This document shows, one piece after another, positions 1-14,042 of a stretch of 64,000 nt of DNA (its first letter is position 1; the number at the start of each line of letters is the position of its first letter). The DNA lies in assembly GCF_009914755.1 (NCBI RefSeq), contig NC_060932.1; one strand, written 5' to 3'. Both the position numbers and the translations under genes were made by a program. The notes under the pieces are model-generated. The model saw only the letters and a program-made list of their open reading frames with translations, searched no databases and was not told where the DNA came from. The DNA comes from the human T2T-CHM13v2.0 reference genome, Homo sapiens.

Positions 1-539
1 GTACGTAGGAGTCCACTCTACTAGGCTATGGTTTTCTTTATAAGCCTCTTCCTTGATGGCCCCCTCCCCATCCTTCCCCACTATTTTCTTTATACCTTGG
101 CCTCATCTAATTATTACACTCCTATCAAAGAACCAGTAATATATTATTATCTTTATTTGTCTATGTAAAAATGGAGAACTTTAGTCATAATTTAATCCTT
201 GATTTCTAACCTTCACTTCCCTTCTAAAGAGGCAAATGCAAAGGAGTGTATTTCAATTTACTGAGCCTGGTGATATTTAAAAGTGCAAACTAGGGAGCTG
301 AAAAAGGTTTAAGTAGTACTATACAAGGAAAGAGGTGGGGGAAGGCAAATCCCAGAGTGGGAAGGAGGCTGAAACTAGACACTGACAGGCTAAAAGAGAG
401 GGACTTTGGAGGAGGAGGGAGGGAAAAGAAAAACAAACAAACAAAAACAAAACACAGAAACAAAAAAACCACTGTGAAAAGATTAGGGAAGCTGTTTTGT
501 GAGTAGGATGGACAAAGGCAAAAAGAAAAAAAATGGCTA

Positions 540-965
540 AAAATTTTTCTGTGCAAAATGGATTTTCAGGTTTCCAAATTTTTGAGTCAGATATACATCA
601 AGATTTGGGTAGGTTGTTTTCGGTTTGTTTTTTTGTATTTGCTTTGGCTTGGTTTGGGAGTGTGTGTGTGTGCGTGTGTGTGTGTGTGTGTAATTTAGAA
701 AGCTAACACTTTGCATACACAATGAATTTTGTAAAATCCTCAGTGGAATCTGGGGCAGCATCCTATGGCCAAACACATTAATATCTTTTTCAGCAAAACA
801 TATGTGTATTCACACAAAAAGTTAGGATAAATGAAGAGTGCAAATAGCTTTACATAAATTCAGATTTTGTTTTGCTGTGAAATGAGTTTCCTATAAATTA
901 ATAGAAATCCTTTTGCTTTTAAGAGTTTGTTGGATTTCAGAATGATGATAAAGCAGCGGTCCTAT
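540..965. mobile_element. Ancient DNA transposon remnant, probably TcMar-Tigger class (family unassigned)
   Basis: Degenerate segments 'cagtggaatctggggcagcatcc...aaacacattaatat' and 'ttggatttcagaatg' resemble an old mammalian Tigger-like element as I recall it; no clear TIR pair seen. Confidence 0.35.
660..691. repeat. (TG)n microsatellite with one interruption
   Basis: gtgtgtgtgtgtgcgtgtgtgtgtgtgtgtgt read directly. Confidence 0.95.
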
Positions 966-1039
966 AGGGTATATATAACCCTTGCTTTCGCCTCCCTTTC
1001 AGACACTCCTAGTCTTGACTGGGCTTATCTGTTTGTCTG

Positions 1040-1380
1040 TGGTCAAAAGCTCGGTCATTGAGTGGTCTAGAATGACCTGCGATGAGACAACTTGTATTTT
1101 CTTCTTGTGGCCCCTCATCCTCCAGCTAACTAGATCAGGCTAGGTAGCAGGATGGCAGCAGGAGTCCAGGAGAGTGAGTGGAGGACACAAAGCTTCTTGG
1201 GGGACAGGTTTAAAACTGGCACACAGTCATTTTCAACACATTTTTATGATGTTAAATCAAATTGCCATTCTAGCTCAGATTCAAAGGATGGGGGTATAAC
1301 CTCTACTTTTTGATGGGATGACCTACAGAATCATACTGCCAGCGATGTGAAAAAATTAAGGCTGTTTTTTTTTCAATCTG
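1040..1380. mobile_element. Old MaLR LTR fragment (MLT1J/K-like)
   Basis: 'aactggcacacagtca...cagattcaaaggatggggg...ctctactttttgatggga' is typical of old MLT1 LTRs. Confidence 0.55.
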
Positions 1381-4300
1381 TCTACTGTCCTATTAAAGTG
1401 CTGAGTTTGAACATTAAGTGGGAATGAGTGGAGAACCAACACTATCTATGGAGACTCAGTCACATAGTCATTGGTTGCCTTACCAAAATCAATTTCCCTT
1501 CATTCTTTTTTGTAGCAGCACTTGGATTTCCCTTGAGGTAACTGCCTTCCTCTTTTATTTAGCAACTTTGCGGTTTGGAGGAGATTGACTCTATCCTCTG
1601 CTCAAAGGCACTAATCAATAAGTCTAATCATTTTCCCCATGCCACAAAGGAAGGAAAAAGTCCTAAGCCAAATCAAATATGGGACTTCCTTAGCCACAAT
1701 GGTCTCAGAAATAGTCCAATCAAAATAAAGTTCAAAATGTTGACCACAGTTGAGGGCAAAGGAAGCACGTAGTCCCTGTTTCTGCTTGTAACCACAAGGT
1801 AAGTTGGCCTGAGAACAAAGCTGACACACAGAAGAGTCTAAAGAATCACAAGGAAATAGAGTGATAGTCAAGGTTAAGCTGTGCAGAAGTTCTTCTAAAT
1901 TTTGAGCTTCTTGGTGACTTGAGTCAACAAATCATCAGCTTGAGTTGGCTTTTGTGATAACTATGAAAGCATCCAAGTGTGATGTACTTTCATTTTATCT
2001 CAGTAGACTCTTTGAGGTAGTACTAGATTTAATTTACACTACTTACCAGTTTCAGTATAGTACCTTTCTCATTATAAGGGTTTAAGGACTCTATATAATC
2101 TGAAACCTATGTAACATAGCCCTCCAGTATAAATAAAGTAGAAGCAATATTCATAAATTAAAAAACAAAAGGCAGTAAGCACACCCCAATTCACAGGGTT
2201 CGGGTGATATTTATAGAAGGAAGGTATACATAAATCAATTGATAAATGAAGAACTTAAACCTAAAGTCTTTCATTCCATATAGTTCTCCCATTTTGCTAT
2301 CATAGCTAAAACAAAAGCTATGAATAAATGCCTTTGGTTTAAAACAAAAACAAAGAAACACCAAGGACCAAGAAAAGCCTCTAACCAAAAGGAAGAAAAT
2401 GTTCCAGAAAGGACAATCCAATCATTTTTTAATGGATAGTGAGTTTTAGAATAAAAGACTAAGAAAAGGAAAATACACTGCAGGAAAATTGAAGAACAGG
2501 TTCATGGCAAATATCATCAACATGGCAGTTCCCCAAACAGCATTCTCATTTTATAAAATGTACAAGCAAGCTAAGGCTAATTCTCTAAGTCCTTATTAAC
2601 GTTTTAATTTCAGTGTTCCTTGGAAAAGGGAATTTGGTTATCTGGCAATGGCTGTTGCAAAAATTAACTAGAACGGATGCTTTGCTAAAAGGAGAATCAA
2701 ACAGCAATGTGGAGTGTTTAGTTCAGTGAGCCAGAGCCAGAGCTCTTTTATATGGTATAAATTCTTTCTTTCTTTGATCTTATGAGAAGTTGAACGTAGT
2801 AACGTATGTCTTAACCTGCAAGAAAAAAGCCCTTCCTTTTAAAAATCAAGACAAAGTAACTTTAAGCAGTGATAGAAATGAAGGCTAACTATTGGGAAAA
2901 AACACGATAATGAACTATAAAATATGTAATGGAAGAGTCTGTCACCATGCAGAATCAATGTCAAAGTCATATCTACTAAACTATGTCATCCTTCTATCAA
3001 AAGTAATTTAGAAATAATTAAGTGGATCATCAAAGTATTACTCTATCTGCCCTTCACTATGAGGGCAGACTGTGTAACTCATTACCAAATTTTCTTAACC
3101 CAGCATAGTCCTCATTTCTATTTTTATGCATCTATTAAGATCTTACATATTCCTCATAGTCATAACACATGAGGATATTGCATGCATTTCTTCAAGATTT
3201 ATGATTAGGATGATAATCATGTTCAGACACTGTCTGAGCAATACCAAGAAAAATGAAATTGCAAAGTTCAAATGCAAGGCAACTTGATTTGTCCACCCTT
3301 TGCCTAGTTATAGTTGGTGACTTTTTATGATGTTGCAGTCTGCACATTTATTGCTTCACACATTTAGTAAATTTTATTCAGCACATACTCTGGTCAGGCA
3401 CTATGTTAGATGCTGGGAATTCAAAGACAGAGGAATATATGATTAATTTATCCACTTTCAAGTTTTTTCCCAATGTAGTATAAGCTAGCTTGGAGAAGGA
3501 ACATTTCCCTTACCTCTTCTGTCCTCCAAAAAGTACCACAGAAGTCCCAGTGTTTTCTTCTACAAGCAATTGTTTCTATGTATTACATGTCTTGCAGCTC
3601 ATTTACCCACCTAAAGTTCCCTTAAATATCTCCCAAACTTAGCCTACTTGTTTGACTGAACCACTTTAAATACTTGGCATTCTCCTGAGTAGAATGTGCT
3701 GATGTCTTCTATAAACTGAAAAGTTCTACTTCCTCTGTCCTCTCTCAACAGCAGTGAGCAGCCAAGTTCTCTTGGGGCAAGATTAGAAGAAACTACCTTA
3801 AAATAAATAGAGATACAAGCATTGGTTTGATTCTCAAGCTAAACCAAAGGGGAAATAGTTGGCACATTTTATCATAGAAATTATAATGAAAGTAAAAAGA
3901 GTCCAAACTAATTCTCCTTCCATCTAGCTATAAATTAATAGTGAAAGACACTATTATAGGCCTTTTGTTCTCATAAATATTTAAAATATCATGATCAGAT
4001 GTACTTGCTATTTCTCTTTTAATTGAGTTGTGAGAATCCAATTACTGGAGTGGGTTAGCACTTCTGATTATCTCAAGGGGTTTTTCTGCTATCAGCTACC
4101 CCCAAAGAAGCTGACCTCCAGTGGTTTGATGATGTGAGATATATGTTGATTTCAAATAAATGCCTATGAAAATGCCTAAGAAAACATCTGAAAAGATGTT
4201 TGTATGAATGTGGGTAATATTATTTTTAAAAGAATCCTATTTTCAAGACATGTCCTTTATAAAATCATTTATATTTGGAAATGTATGATCCAGATATGTT

Positions 4301-4429
4301 TGAGTATTATAGTTATGTATCTCAGATCTTCAATTTCTTCTCTCCCACTCTTAAAAATAAATTGAATGTGAAATTTTACTGTTCTCTCTTGAATAACTTA
4401 GATGTTGAGGAGCTTTAGTCTTGCTTCAG

Positions 4430-4620
4430 CACTCCCATATCCTCTGCACATGTCTCTGCAATCACATTTACCACACTATTTGTCATTTTTAGTTCTCATC
4501 TCCCTCATCAAAATGTGAGCTACTGTAGAGCAAGGAATATGGTTTATTCATCTCAATGCCCTCAGTACCTAGCAGAGTGTGGGACCAAAAAGCCAAAGCA
4601 TATTGGATAAGAAAGGAAGA
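4430..4620 (+). mobile_element. L2 LINE 3' end fragment
   Basis: 'aaatgtgagctactgtagagcaagg...ccctcagtacctagcagagtg' matches the L2 3' terminus. Confidence 0.65.
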
Positions 4621-5182
4621 AAGAGTGGTGGTGGAAATGGAAGGAAGGAAAGATGAAGGAATATAACAACTATATGTGGAAAACTATTTTAATAAATGTG
4701 GCAAGAGATGGTTAGAAACTCTATTGTGAAATCTGCTTGGCAAAATCAATACGTTTGTTAAAAGATTAATATGATATACTTGTCAAAGAGGAGAAAACAC
4801 TCAGGAATAGAAGACAACTTCAAACATAATACTTTGAGTGGGGCTAACTTTAGTAAACTTTTAAAAAGCATAGGAGCTCAAAAATGCTAATTCAATTAGG
4901 AAGCCTCAAAAATAACAATATGATCTTGGATTATAACAACTTGACATCACAATTTATACTTGCTATGGCTATCTAAAACTAATAATCACACATATGATCC
5001 AGCAATTCCACTTCTGGGTAATTATCCAAAAATTGGAATCAGGATCTCAAAGAGATATTAGCAATGTTATTACCAATGTTCATTGTAGCACTATTCACAA
5101 TAGCCAAAATTTGGAAACATCCTAAATGTTCATGAATGGGTGGATGGACAAGGAAAATGTGGTCTATACATACAACAGACTA

Positions 5183-5715
5183 TTTTTGTCTTTTTTGAGA
5201 CAGGGTTTTGCTCTGTCACTGATATGGTTTGGCTCTCTGTCCCCATCTGAATCCCATCTCAAATTGTAATCCCCATGCGTTGAGGGAAGGATCTGGTGGG
5301 AGGTAATTGGATCATGGGGGTGGTTCCCCCATGTTGTTTTCGTTATAGTGAGTGAGTTGTCATGAGATCTGATTGTTTAAAAGTTTGGCACTTCCCCCTT
5401 TGCTCTCTCTCTCCTGCCACCATGTTAAGACATGCCTTGCTTCTCCTTTGCCTTCCACCATGATTGTAAGTTTCCTGAGGCCTCCCCAGCCATGCAGTAC
5501 TGTGAGTCAATTAAATCTCTTTTTTTTTTAAATAAATGACCCAGCCTCAGCTAGTTATTTATAGCAGTGTAAAAATGGACTAATACAGTCACCCAGGTTG
5601 GAGTGCAGTGGTATGATCATGGCTCACAGCAGCCTTGAAGTCTTGGGCTCAAGCAATCCTCCCACTTCAGCCTTCTGAGTAGCTGGGACTGTAAGTGTGT
5701 GCCACCACACCCTGC
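5183..5715 (-). mobile_element. Alu right-arm monomer (FRAM/AluJ-type), split by the THE1D LTR
   Basis: 'ttttgagacagggttttgctctgtcac' continues as 'ccaggttggagtgcagtgg...gccaccacaccc' after the LTR; diverged TSD caacagactatt/caatggactatt. Confidence 0.85.
5220..5587 (+). mobile_element. THE1D-like MaLR solo LTR
   Basis: Starts tgatatggtttggct, ends ggactaataca; exact 5-bp TSD GTCAC at 5215-5219 and 5588-5592. Confidence 0.92.
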
Positions 5716-6664
5716 AATGGACTATTAATCAGCCTTAACAAAAGAAGGAATACTGTAATATGAGACATAATGAAAGAATCTGGACATTCTGCTGGGTGAA
5801 ATAAGCCAGTCACAGAAGGACAAATACTTCATTATTTCATTAGTAAGAGGTATCTAAAATAATCAAACTCACAGAAGTAGGGAGCAGAATGGTAGTTGAC
5901 AGGGCCTGGAGAGAGGAGAAAATGGGAGAACTGCTACTCAAGGGACATAATCTCACTTAGGTAAGATAAATAAGTTCAAGAGATCTGCTGCACAACAGTG
6001 TCTCTATAGTTAACAACACTGTATTGTATATTTAAGAATGTGTTAAGAAGGTAAATCTCATGTTAGGTACTCTTATCCAAATAATTTTTTTAAAAAAATA
6101 AGAAAAAGGAGTTTCCCTTATAGGAGACTTGAGAGGGAGCTGAGTTTAAAGAGAACTTTCACTTTTGCTCTACATTTTGTTTGAATATTTTGTCCACTCA
6201 CAAATGCTCAGTCCCTAGTGCAATATCTGGCACATGGCAGTGACAAATAAAGACCTATTCAATAAATAATTAAAAAAAAATAGTTACAGGTTTTTTGACT
6301 TGACCAAGATGTTGGACCAAGAGGTTGGATCCTATTTTCCTTGAATTAGAGTGAGACTGTTTCTCATTAATAACCAAGAGAATGCAGCAGAAGTGGCACT
6401 GAGTGACTTCCAAGGCTAGGTCAAAAATGGCAACGCAGTTGCCATCTTGTTTACTGGAATATCTTGAGCCCTGAGCCTACATGTAACTCTGACTACTCTG
6501 AAAGCAATATACTGGAGTGGGTATGTGGAGATGCTCAGTGGACATCCCAGATGATCTCCCAGCAAACACCCTCCATCAACTGTTTGCCGCAGGAGTGAAC
6601 CATCTGGGACTTTCATTCCATGGATCCTTTATATAAATGTAGCCCCAGTTATGCAGTTGGCCAG

Positions 6665-7020
6665 TGTATTAGTCTGTTCTCACACTGCTAATAAAGACAT
6701 ACTCGAGACTGGGTAATTTATAAAGGATAGAGGTTTAATGGACTCATAGTTCCACACTTCTGGGGAGGCCTCACAATCATGGCGGAAGGCAAAAGAGAAG
6801 CAAAGGCATATCTTACATGGTGGCAGACAAGAGAGTTAGTGCAGGGGACCTCCCATTTATAAAACCATCAGATCTCATGAGACTTATAAACTACCACGAG
6901 AACAGTATGGGAGACACTGCCTCCATGATTCAATTATCTCCACCTGGCCCTGCTCTTGATACATGGGGATTATTACAATGCAAGGTGAGATTTGGGTGGG
7001 GACACAGCCAAACCATATCA
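6665..7020 (-). mobile_element. THE1B/C MaLR solo LTR
   Basis: tgtattagtctgttctc...ccaaaccatatca; exact TSD GCCAG at 6660-6664 and 7021-7025. Confidence 0.92.
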
Positions 7021-7043
7021 GCCAGGATCAATTGTATAAGAGA

Positions 7044-7341
<298 letters not shown>

Positions 7342-7439
7342 CTGTGTGAGGGATTCCAAGCAAAAACTGTCCAGCTGAACCCTTCCTGAATTTATGATCA
7401 CAAAATTGTAAGCAAAATAAAATAGTTGTTTTTTGAAAA

Positions 7440-7635
7440 TTAATTTATCAAATTAATTTATATTTTATTTGACAAATGGAAAATGACAAATATTTATAGT
7501 ATGCAATATGACATTTTGAAATATCTTTACATGTGGAATGCCTAAATTAAACTAATCACATATGTATTACCTCACATATGTATCAGTTTCTGTGATGAGA
7601 ACACTTCAAATCCACTCTACTTAGTGATTTTCAGG
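7440..7635 (-). mobile_element. L1MA 3' UTR fragment (host of the ERV insertion)
   Basis: 'tatgtattacctcacat...tgtgatgagaacacttcaaatccactct...agtgattttca' matches an antisense L1MA 3' end. Confidence 0.75.
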
Positions 7636-8054
7636 TGTTATACAAATTTTATGGGAGACTATTGTTTTGAACTACCCTCCTGCATTAGACACCAGCAGAC
7701 TAGACTACCTGTGCTAAGTGCCATGTGATCAAAATGAACTTTGAAATGGGCCAGTTTTCAAAACAAACAAAATAAAACAAAATCCAAACAGGAGATTCCA
7801 GTCAACTGCGGTCAATGTAACTAGCGAGTTTCCTCTATTTTAACCCTATGAGTAAAGTAAGTTTGAAATGACCAATCTGTTTTTTGTTCCCAGGTTCTCA
7901 TTTCTTCAGCCTTTTCTGTCTATAAAGCCAAACTCTTCTGCTCAGCTCATCGAAACACTCATTCTGTTTTATAGAGCAAGATGTTGCTCAGTGCTAGAAT
8001 CACAAATAAAAGCCAATTAGATCTTTAAAGATGTGGTAATTTTGTGTTTTGTCA
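7636..8054 (+). mobile_element. ERV1 5' LTR, MER67-like
   Basis: TG...CA termini; 'ttttatgggagactattgttttg', AATAAA near the 3' end, followed by a PBS; homologous to the antisense LTR at 47074-47526. Confidence 0.8.
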
Positions 8055-8059
8055 GTTTT

Positions 8060-8077
8060 TGGTGACCATGACTAGAC
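8060..8077 (+). promoter_or_regulatory. Degenerate retroviral primer-binding site (tRNA-Arg type)
   Basis: tggtgaccatgactagac starts 5 nt after the LTR; 13/18 match to TGGCGACCACGAAGGGAC, two differences being CpG decay. Confidence 0.6.
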
Positions 8078-8745
8078 CCAAAGAACACTGCATATGATTC
8101 CTGAGGCTCCTCGAGGAATGTGAGAGGCACCACTGTCCCCTTTTAAGGTCCTTCGTCTTCCTCATGGAACCCCAAAAGCTGGACTCTGCTCTTTTTGCAT
8201 TGAGCCATTGATCATTTTGGCTTTTGAATCCAAGGTTAGTTTGTGCTATGAGAGAGCACATGACCCTTTGGAGTTTTGTGTGACTGAGTCACTGGAAAGA
8301 GCTATGGTTTTTCAGGTATCTGACCGTGGTTGCAGTCGGTGGCTGTTACTTCATGAGGTGTACAGCTCTCGCTTTCAGAAATGCTCAGGAATTTGGGCTT
8401 ATTCTTCTTTGTTACTTCTTGCATGCATAGGTAGGGGAAAATAGTTCACTAAGTTGATCAAGAGCAATTTCAGCACCAAAGCCACAATTTAACTGGTGGG
8501 CATGGATCGGGCACCTAAAAGCTGCTTAGAGTGTATACTACCTAAAAATAAGATTGCCATCCTGGGATGAGCTGGATTATGGAATGGGTTAGTTTTAACA
8601 CTAGGTTATCTGTCATCCTCGAGAAGATGTCTGTGCAATGAAGGAAACTTGTGAAAGTATTACACAACTTAACCTAATGATGTTTTCCTCCTTAAGCTTT
8701 TATCTTGGCTCCAAGAGACTCAAAATCAATGTAAAAATGGTATGC

Positions 8746-9156
8746 TTTTTTTTTCCTTCTTAAATTATAAATTTATTTATTTATTTTTCTAGTCTAATTT
8801 TTTTCCATAAGATATTGGGGTACAGGTGGTATTTGGCTACATAAGTAAATTCTTTAGTGGTGATTTGTGAAATTTTGGTGCACCCATCACCCAAGCAGTA
8901 TATATTGCACCACATTTGTAGTCCTTTATCCCTCACCCCTCTCTCACTCTTCCCCCCAAGTCCCCAAATTTCATTGTATCGTTCTTATGCCTTTGTGTCC
9001 TCATAGCTAGATCCCACCTATCAGTGAGAACATATGATGTTTGGTTTTCCATTCCTGAGTTCCTTCACTTAGAATAATAGTCTCCAATCTCATCCAGGTC
9101 ACTGCAAATGCCATTCATTCATGCCTTTTCATGGCTGCATAGTATTCCACTGTATA
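8746..9156 (-). mobile_element. L1PB (PB1-like) 3' end, ~410 bp
   Basis: T-rich tail then 'ttggggtacaggtggtatttggctacat...ttttggtgcacccatcaccc...gtgagaacatatgatgtttggttttccattcctgag'. Confidence 0.88.
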
Positions 9157-9374
9157 GGGTTTCTTAATTTCTAAAACACCAAGTATTCCAACTTCTGGCT
9201 GTACCTGACGTTACATGTATAAGTATTAGGCCCTGGAAGGTGCAAATACTTACAAAAATGGCATCCTAAAGATAATTTAAAATTATGATGGTCTTATTTG
9301 GAATGTTCAGATGAACAGTGTTGTACCATCTTCTCAAGTGTCCTTGAGAAGCACGCTTAAAAATGAGTGCTCCT

Positions 9375-9682
<308 letters not shown>

Positions 9683-10329
9683 GGTCTCCCAAATTAGACC
9701 CACCCAAGAATACTGATTAATGTGTAGAAGTTTCTAAAAGCTTGTCATTTTTTTTCTTTAAAAAACTCCTTATGAAAAGCAAATAAAAAGCTTAAGCAAC
9801 TCATTGATAATGAACACTAAATCTGCCAGCCTTTTCATTTATTTACTATCTTACCTTACAGGCAAAAGGAAAGCTAGATGAAATGTTAATAAAAGTTAGG
9901 CCCTCAGATTAAGCAGTTTGCTTCTTCTTCAGTGCTGTCCATTCTGAGTCCAGGCATAGAAAATGCTTTGTCTGCCCTATTCATTAATGGGCTGCGCTCT
10001 ATACTTAATCTAGTTAAGGAACAGAAACTAAGTTGAAAAGCCACCTTTCTGGAATTTAGCTGGTTATTTTGAAACTCTTGTAACAAATATACATATACAA
10101 AGAAAAATCACTAGAAATGCTTATTATGGGAGAAAGCATTGGTCTAAACTTCACTTTTTATCATTTTTGTTTTCACTGGGCTTTCTACCTACACCCTTCT
10201 TTGTTTTGGCAAATAATGGTATTTAGGTCTAAAATCTAAGTTCTGTGATTTTGAGATGTCAGTTTTCTATCTTGTTTCATCTAAGAGCCATCTTTTTTGG
10301 AAATGCAAATTTAGGGTCCAAAATTTTTA

Positions 10330-10956
10330 GATGGCCATTAAAAATGGGATAAATAAAATTGACAGTGATGAGGTTGACACAAAGGTTTAATTCATCAAAG
10401 GTTGATGGGCCAGAGGAACACTCGCTGGTCCTTCAACATTACAGGGCCCCAAACCAGTCCACTCTATTTACCCCAGTTCAGAGAAATCTAAAAATCTAAA
10501 AAGGAAGGCAAAGAGTACAATAAGCAACCCAGCTAACAATCACATAAAGCAATAATCAGGTAGGTCAATCAAGGATAAAACAGGTGTTCCATAACTCAGC
10601 CACTCTGCTGAAATCGGTAAAATGATCAGGGGATAAAGAGAGAGAGATCCTTATTGTTAATGATTCTGGGGAAAGATGAATGGTCTTTGAAGAAGAGGTG
10701 ATGGTTTTTGACAGTCTGTCTGGGTGTGGTATCTGACCTCTCCTGTGATAAGAGTTAATCTTCCCTGGCTGATGAAACTCCCCAGGGAGAGGATTGATGA
10801 CAATCAAGTTCTTTTTAGAAGATCTGTCTTCAGGCAGATGAGGGGGATTCACAGAAAGCCTCTCCTTGCATTTTGCTGTTTTTTAAGTGCCTTCAGCTCG
10901 AAGTAATCAATATACCAAACTGACATATTTGGGGTGGCGTTTCCTGAACTCCTTCA
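10330..10956 (-). mobile_element. Antisense MER34/MER39-family LTR 5' part plus an adjoining leader-like segment
   Basis: Minus strand begins tgaaggagttcaggaaacgccaccccaaatatg...ttgattacttcgagctgaaggcactt; LTR-like to ~10640, then unassigned ERV-like sequence. Confidence 0.6.
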
Positions 10957-11256
10957 ATGGCTAGCTTTGTTTAATGAGCTATTCAAGCATACTTGTTAAG
11001 AATGAGAAAATTTGGTGAATGTAAATGGAATAAATGTTTATAAATAAACTTTTTATATTTTCAAAAATCTTTTTGAAATCTTAAATTTATGTTAAATTAA
11101 ATAAATATTCATAAAATTAGTCATTTCTAAGTAAAATACTGAAAAATTAATTGCTAAACATAAATTTAAATATATATTTTGGCATCTTATTTTTATGTAA
11201 TATAGAGAATCTCTATACTCAAATATATTTGGCTTTGGTAATGAACATAAAAAATT

Positions 11257-11564
<308 letters not shown>

Positions 11565-14042
11565 TTATGACATAGTGTTCATCTATAAAATGCTAATGTA
11601 AAACACAATGCCTATTAGTTTTCATCAGAAATTAAGATTTCTAAGAATTAAAATAATTCTAATTAATATATGTAGTTAAAGTTATTAGAAATAATGAGGG
11701 AGGCAACTCTGTATGCAGAGTGTACAAAGAAAGAAAGATGTGTATTTGGTAAGAAAAGTTACTGAAAGGCATGAGAACTTTTTTTGGTCATTTTTGAGGA
11801 AAAGAGTAATCTGTCTATTTTGGAGGTTATTTAAAGTTTGTTTCACAATGAGTGAAGGAAAAAAGAAGTGATACAGATAAAATTGAATTGATAGAGAAAG
11901 TAGGGGGAGAGTGAGAGGGAGAGGAAGAGGAAAGAAACCATTTCATGAATTTTCAATCATTGAATGGATTTGTTATAAGGGTTTTAAAAATGAGCCTTAA
12001 AACCAAAAGTACACTGGTACGAAACTAGAAGTTGGTTTTTCTCTGTGTTAAAATGACAGTTTTCTTGGGGTTATTGATTTGAGAGTGTAAAGTGTTTTTT
12101 CCCTTTAGGTAATTGGCCTAGGAAACAAAGACTTTATGTTTTATCAAGATAATTTATTGTGTTTCATGTTGTCATAGTCTTTTGATTACTTAAGAAAATA
12201 GAAACTTCTCAGTATTAAAACAGCTAAATTTTTGTTGGCAAATATGTAACTTTTCTATATTTGTCTTAAACTGTTTCACAATATCTGATAATCTTGTTAA
12301 ATTAAGTGTTTTAAACCTTTTGACATTTTTGACAAAATTCCTAAAATCAGGTTATAAGTAAGTCTTTTTGACCTTGAACTAACTTTGGACATTTCAGAGA
12401 GCCCCTGAGACATCTGAAAATATGTATGAATGTAATTACATTTATTTTGTATGTTAAATTATATGGAAAGCATTTTCAAATAAGAAATGATGTTTAACTT
12501 TGAGTTATATTTGTATCAATATATTATTAATATATGTTCCAGGAACTATGGGAAATTTTTAGAAAGCTGATATGTTATCAGTCATTACTTTGGTTATGTT
12601 AAAATGTTGTATGCCACAGAAATAACAAAATTTCTTTGTTATTTGTATCATTATTATCATGAATTCTCATCATACTTTTAGCCGTGACCATTTTGTCTTA
12701 TCATCCACAGACAGCTAAGTGTTTTCTGAAAGCATTTGCAAGCAACTATAATACGAAAGTGCTTCAGCATTAAGAGGACTCATGGGAAGGACTCTTAACA
12801 AGTACAGGTTTCTTATAACTTTGAGATTATACCATTGGACTGGGTAAGAATTTCCAGAACTCTAATGAAAGTGATGACTTTATGAAACTACTATTCCAAA
12901 ATCAAGCGAATAAAAATTAATTGCATGACACAAAACAAACTGATGAAGATAATGTTTTATGAATTTTTATTTCCAGAATTTGCTGCTTCTTTTAGTTTGT
13001 TTGCTTTCCAGATTTAAAGAAACTATGTTTTTCTTTTAAGCCATCTATAGGTTATAAGCAATTTGGTAAGTATGCTTTCATGAACAAAAATGGAAACATT
13101 TTTTTCTCCCTACCTGATCCTTCCAAAATTTGGAAACTTTTGTAAATATTCTTATTTTTATGGCAATAATATCATTTGTACAAGTTCAATAAGAATGTCC
13201 TGTCTTTATAACAGGATATAATTGGAAATACTGTTATATTACCAAGATTTTGACTGGAATGTGATCATTGAGAATGTACATAGTATGCCTAGCTTCAGAG
13301 GTTCCAAGCCTTATAGTGAGTGAGAAAAAAAATGTCACCTCCTGGCAGACCCAAGAATCTCAAGATATTTTAGAGACCTAAATAAGAGTGAAATTTACCT
13401 AAATCTGTATGTACTGGAGGTGAAGTCTGATGTCTGCCTTGGTTTGAACCCATAGCCTTGAGACTATTTTAAAAGTCCAATCTGAGATTCTTTATAAAAA
13501 GTGCCAGCAAAGCAAACTTAAAAGGAGCCCATATGGTTAATTGCTATTCTTGCTGCACTTATGAAAATAATCAGCCAAAGTTTAATGAGACCAAATTAGT
13601 CTTACTCTAATTATCATTGGTAGAAATGGGAGTGACTATAGAGAGAAAAATTATGTCTCAGAAGAAAAACTATAGTGTATCTGTTATTAGATTGTATCCC
13701 TGTTCATTGTTTTTGAGTTTTCATTATCTACCTGAAGATAATATTATCTACCTGTAGACTGGACTGGATCCTGAATTCTTTTAGTTTCCATGGATATCTG
13801 GTGGCAACTCTTCAACTAAGAATAAGACTTCAGTTTCTGAAGCCCTATATGCTGAGACTGGACAATCTGATGTAAATTTCAAGGGACAAACCTTGTGCTT
13901 GATACGTGAGCCATTTGGATAGTTCACTGAAACATTCAATGTCATAATCAGAGTCATTCAAAATGCAAACTCTCATGAGAAGCTGATGACATCACACTGT
14001 GGACAGCTTTACCCAAGATGTTGGAACAATATTCCTCATCAT

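Larger units (their letters stand above)
4990..6108 (+). mobile_element. L1MA/L1MB-type LINE-1 3' end, interrupted by a FRAM and a THE1D
   Basis: 'catatgatccagcaattccacttctggg', 'gaaataagccagtcacagaaggacaaatac', 'gagatctgctgcacaaca' and an A-rich end. Confidence 0.85.
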
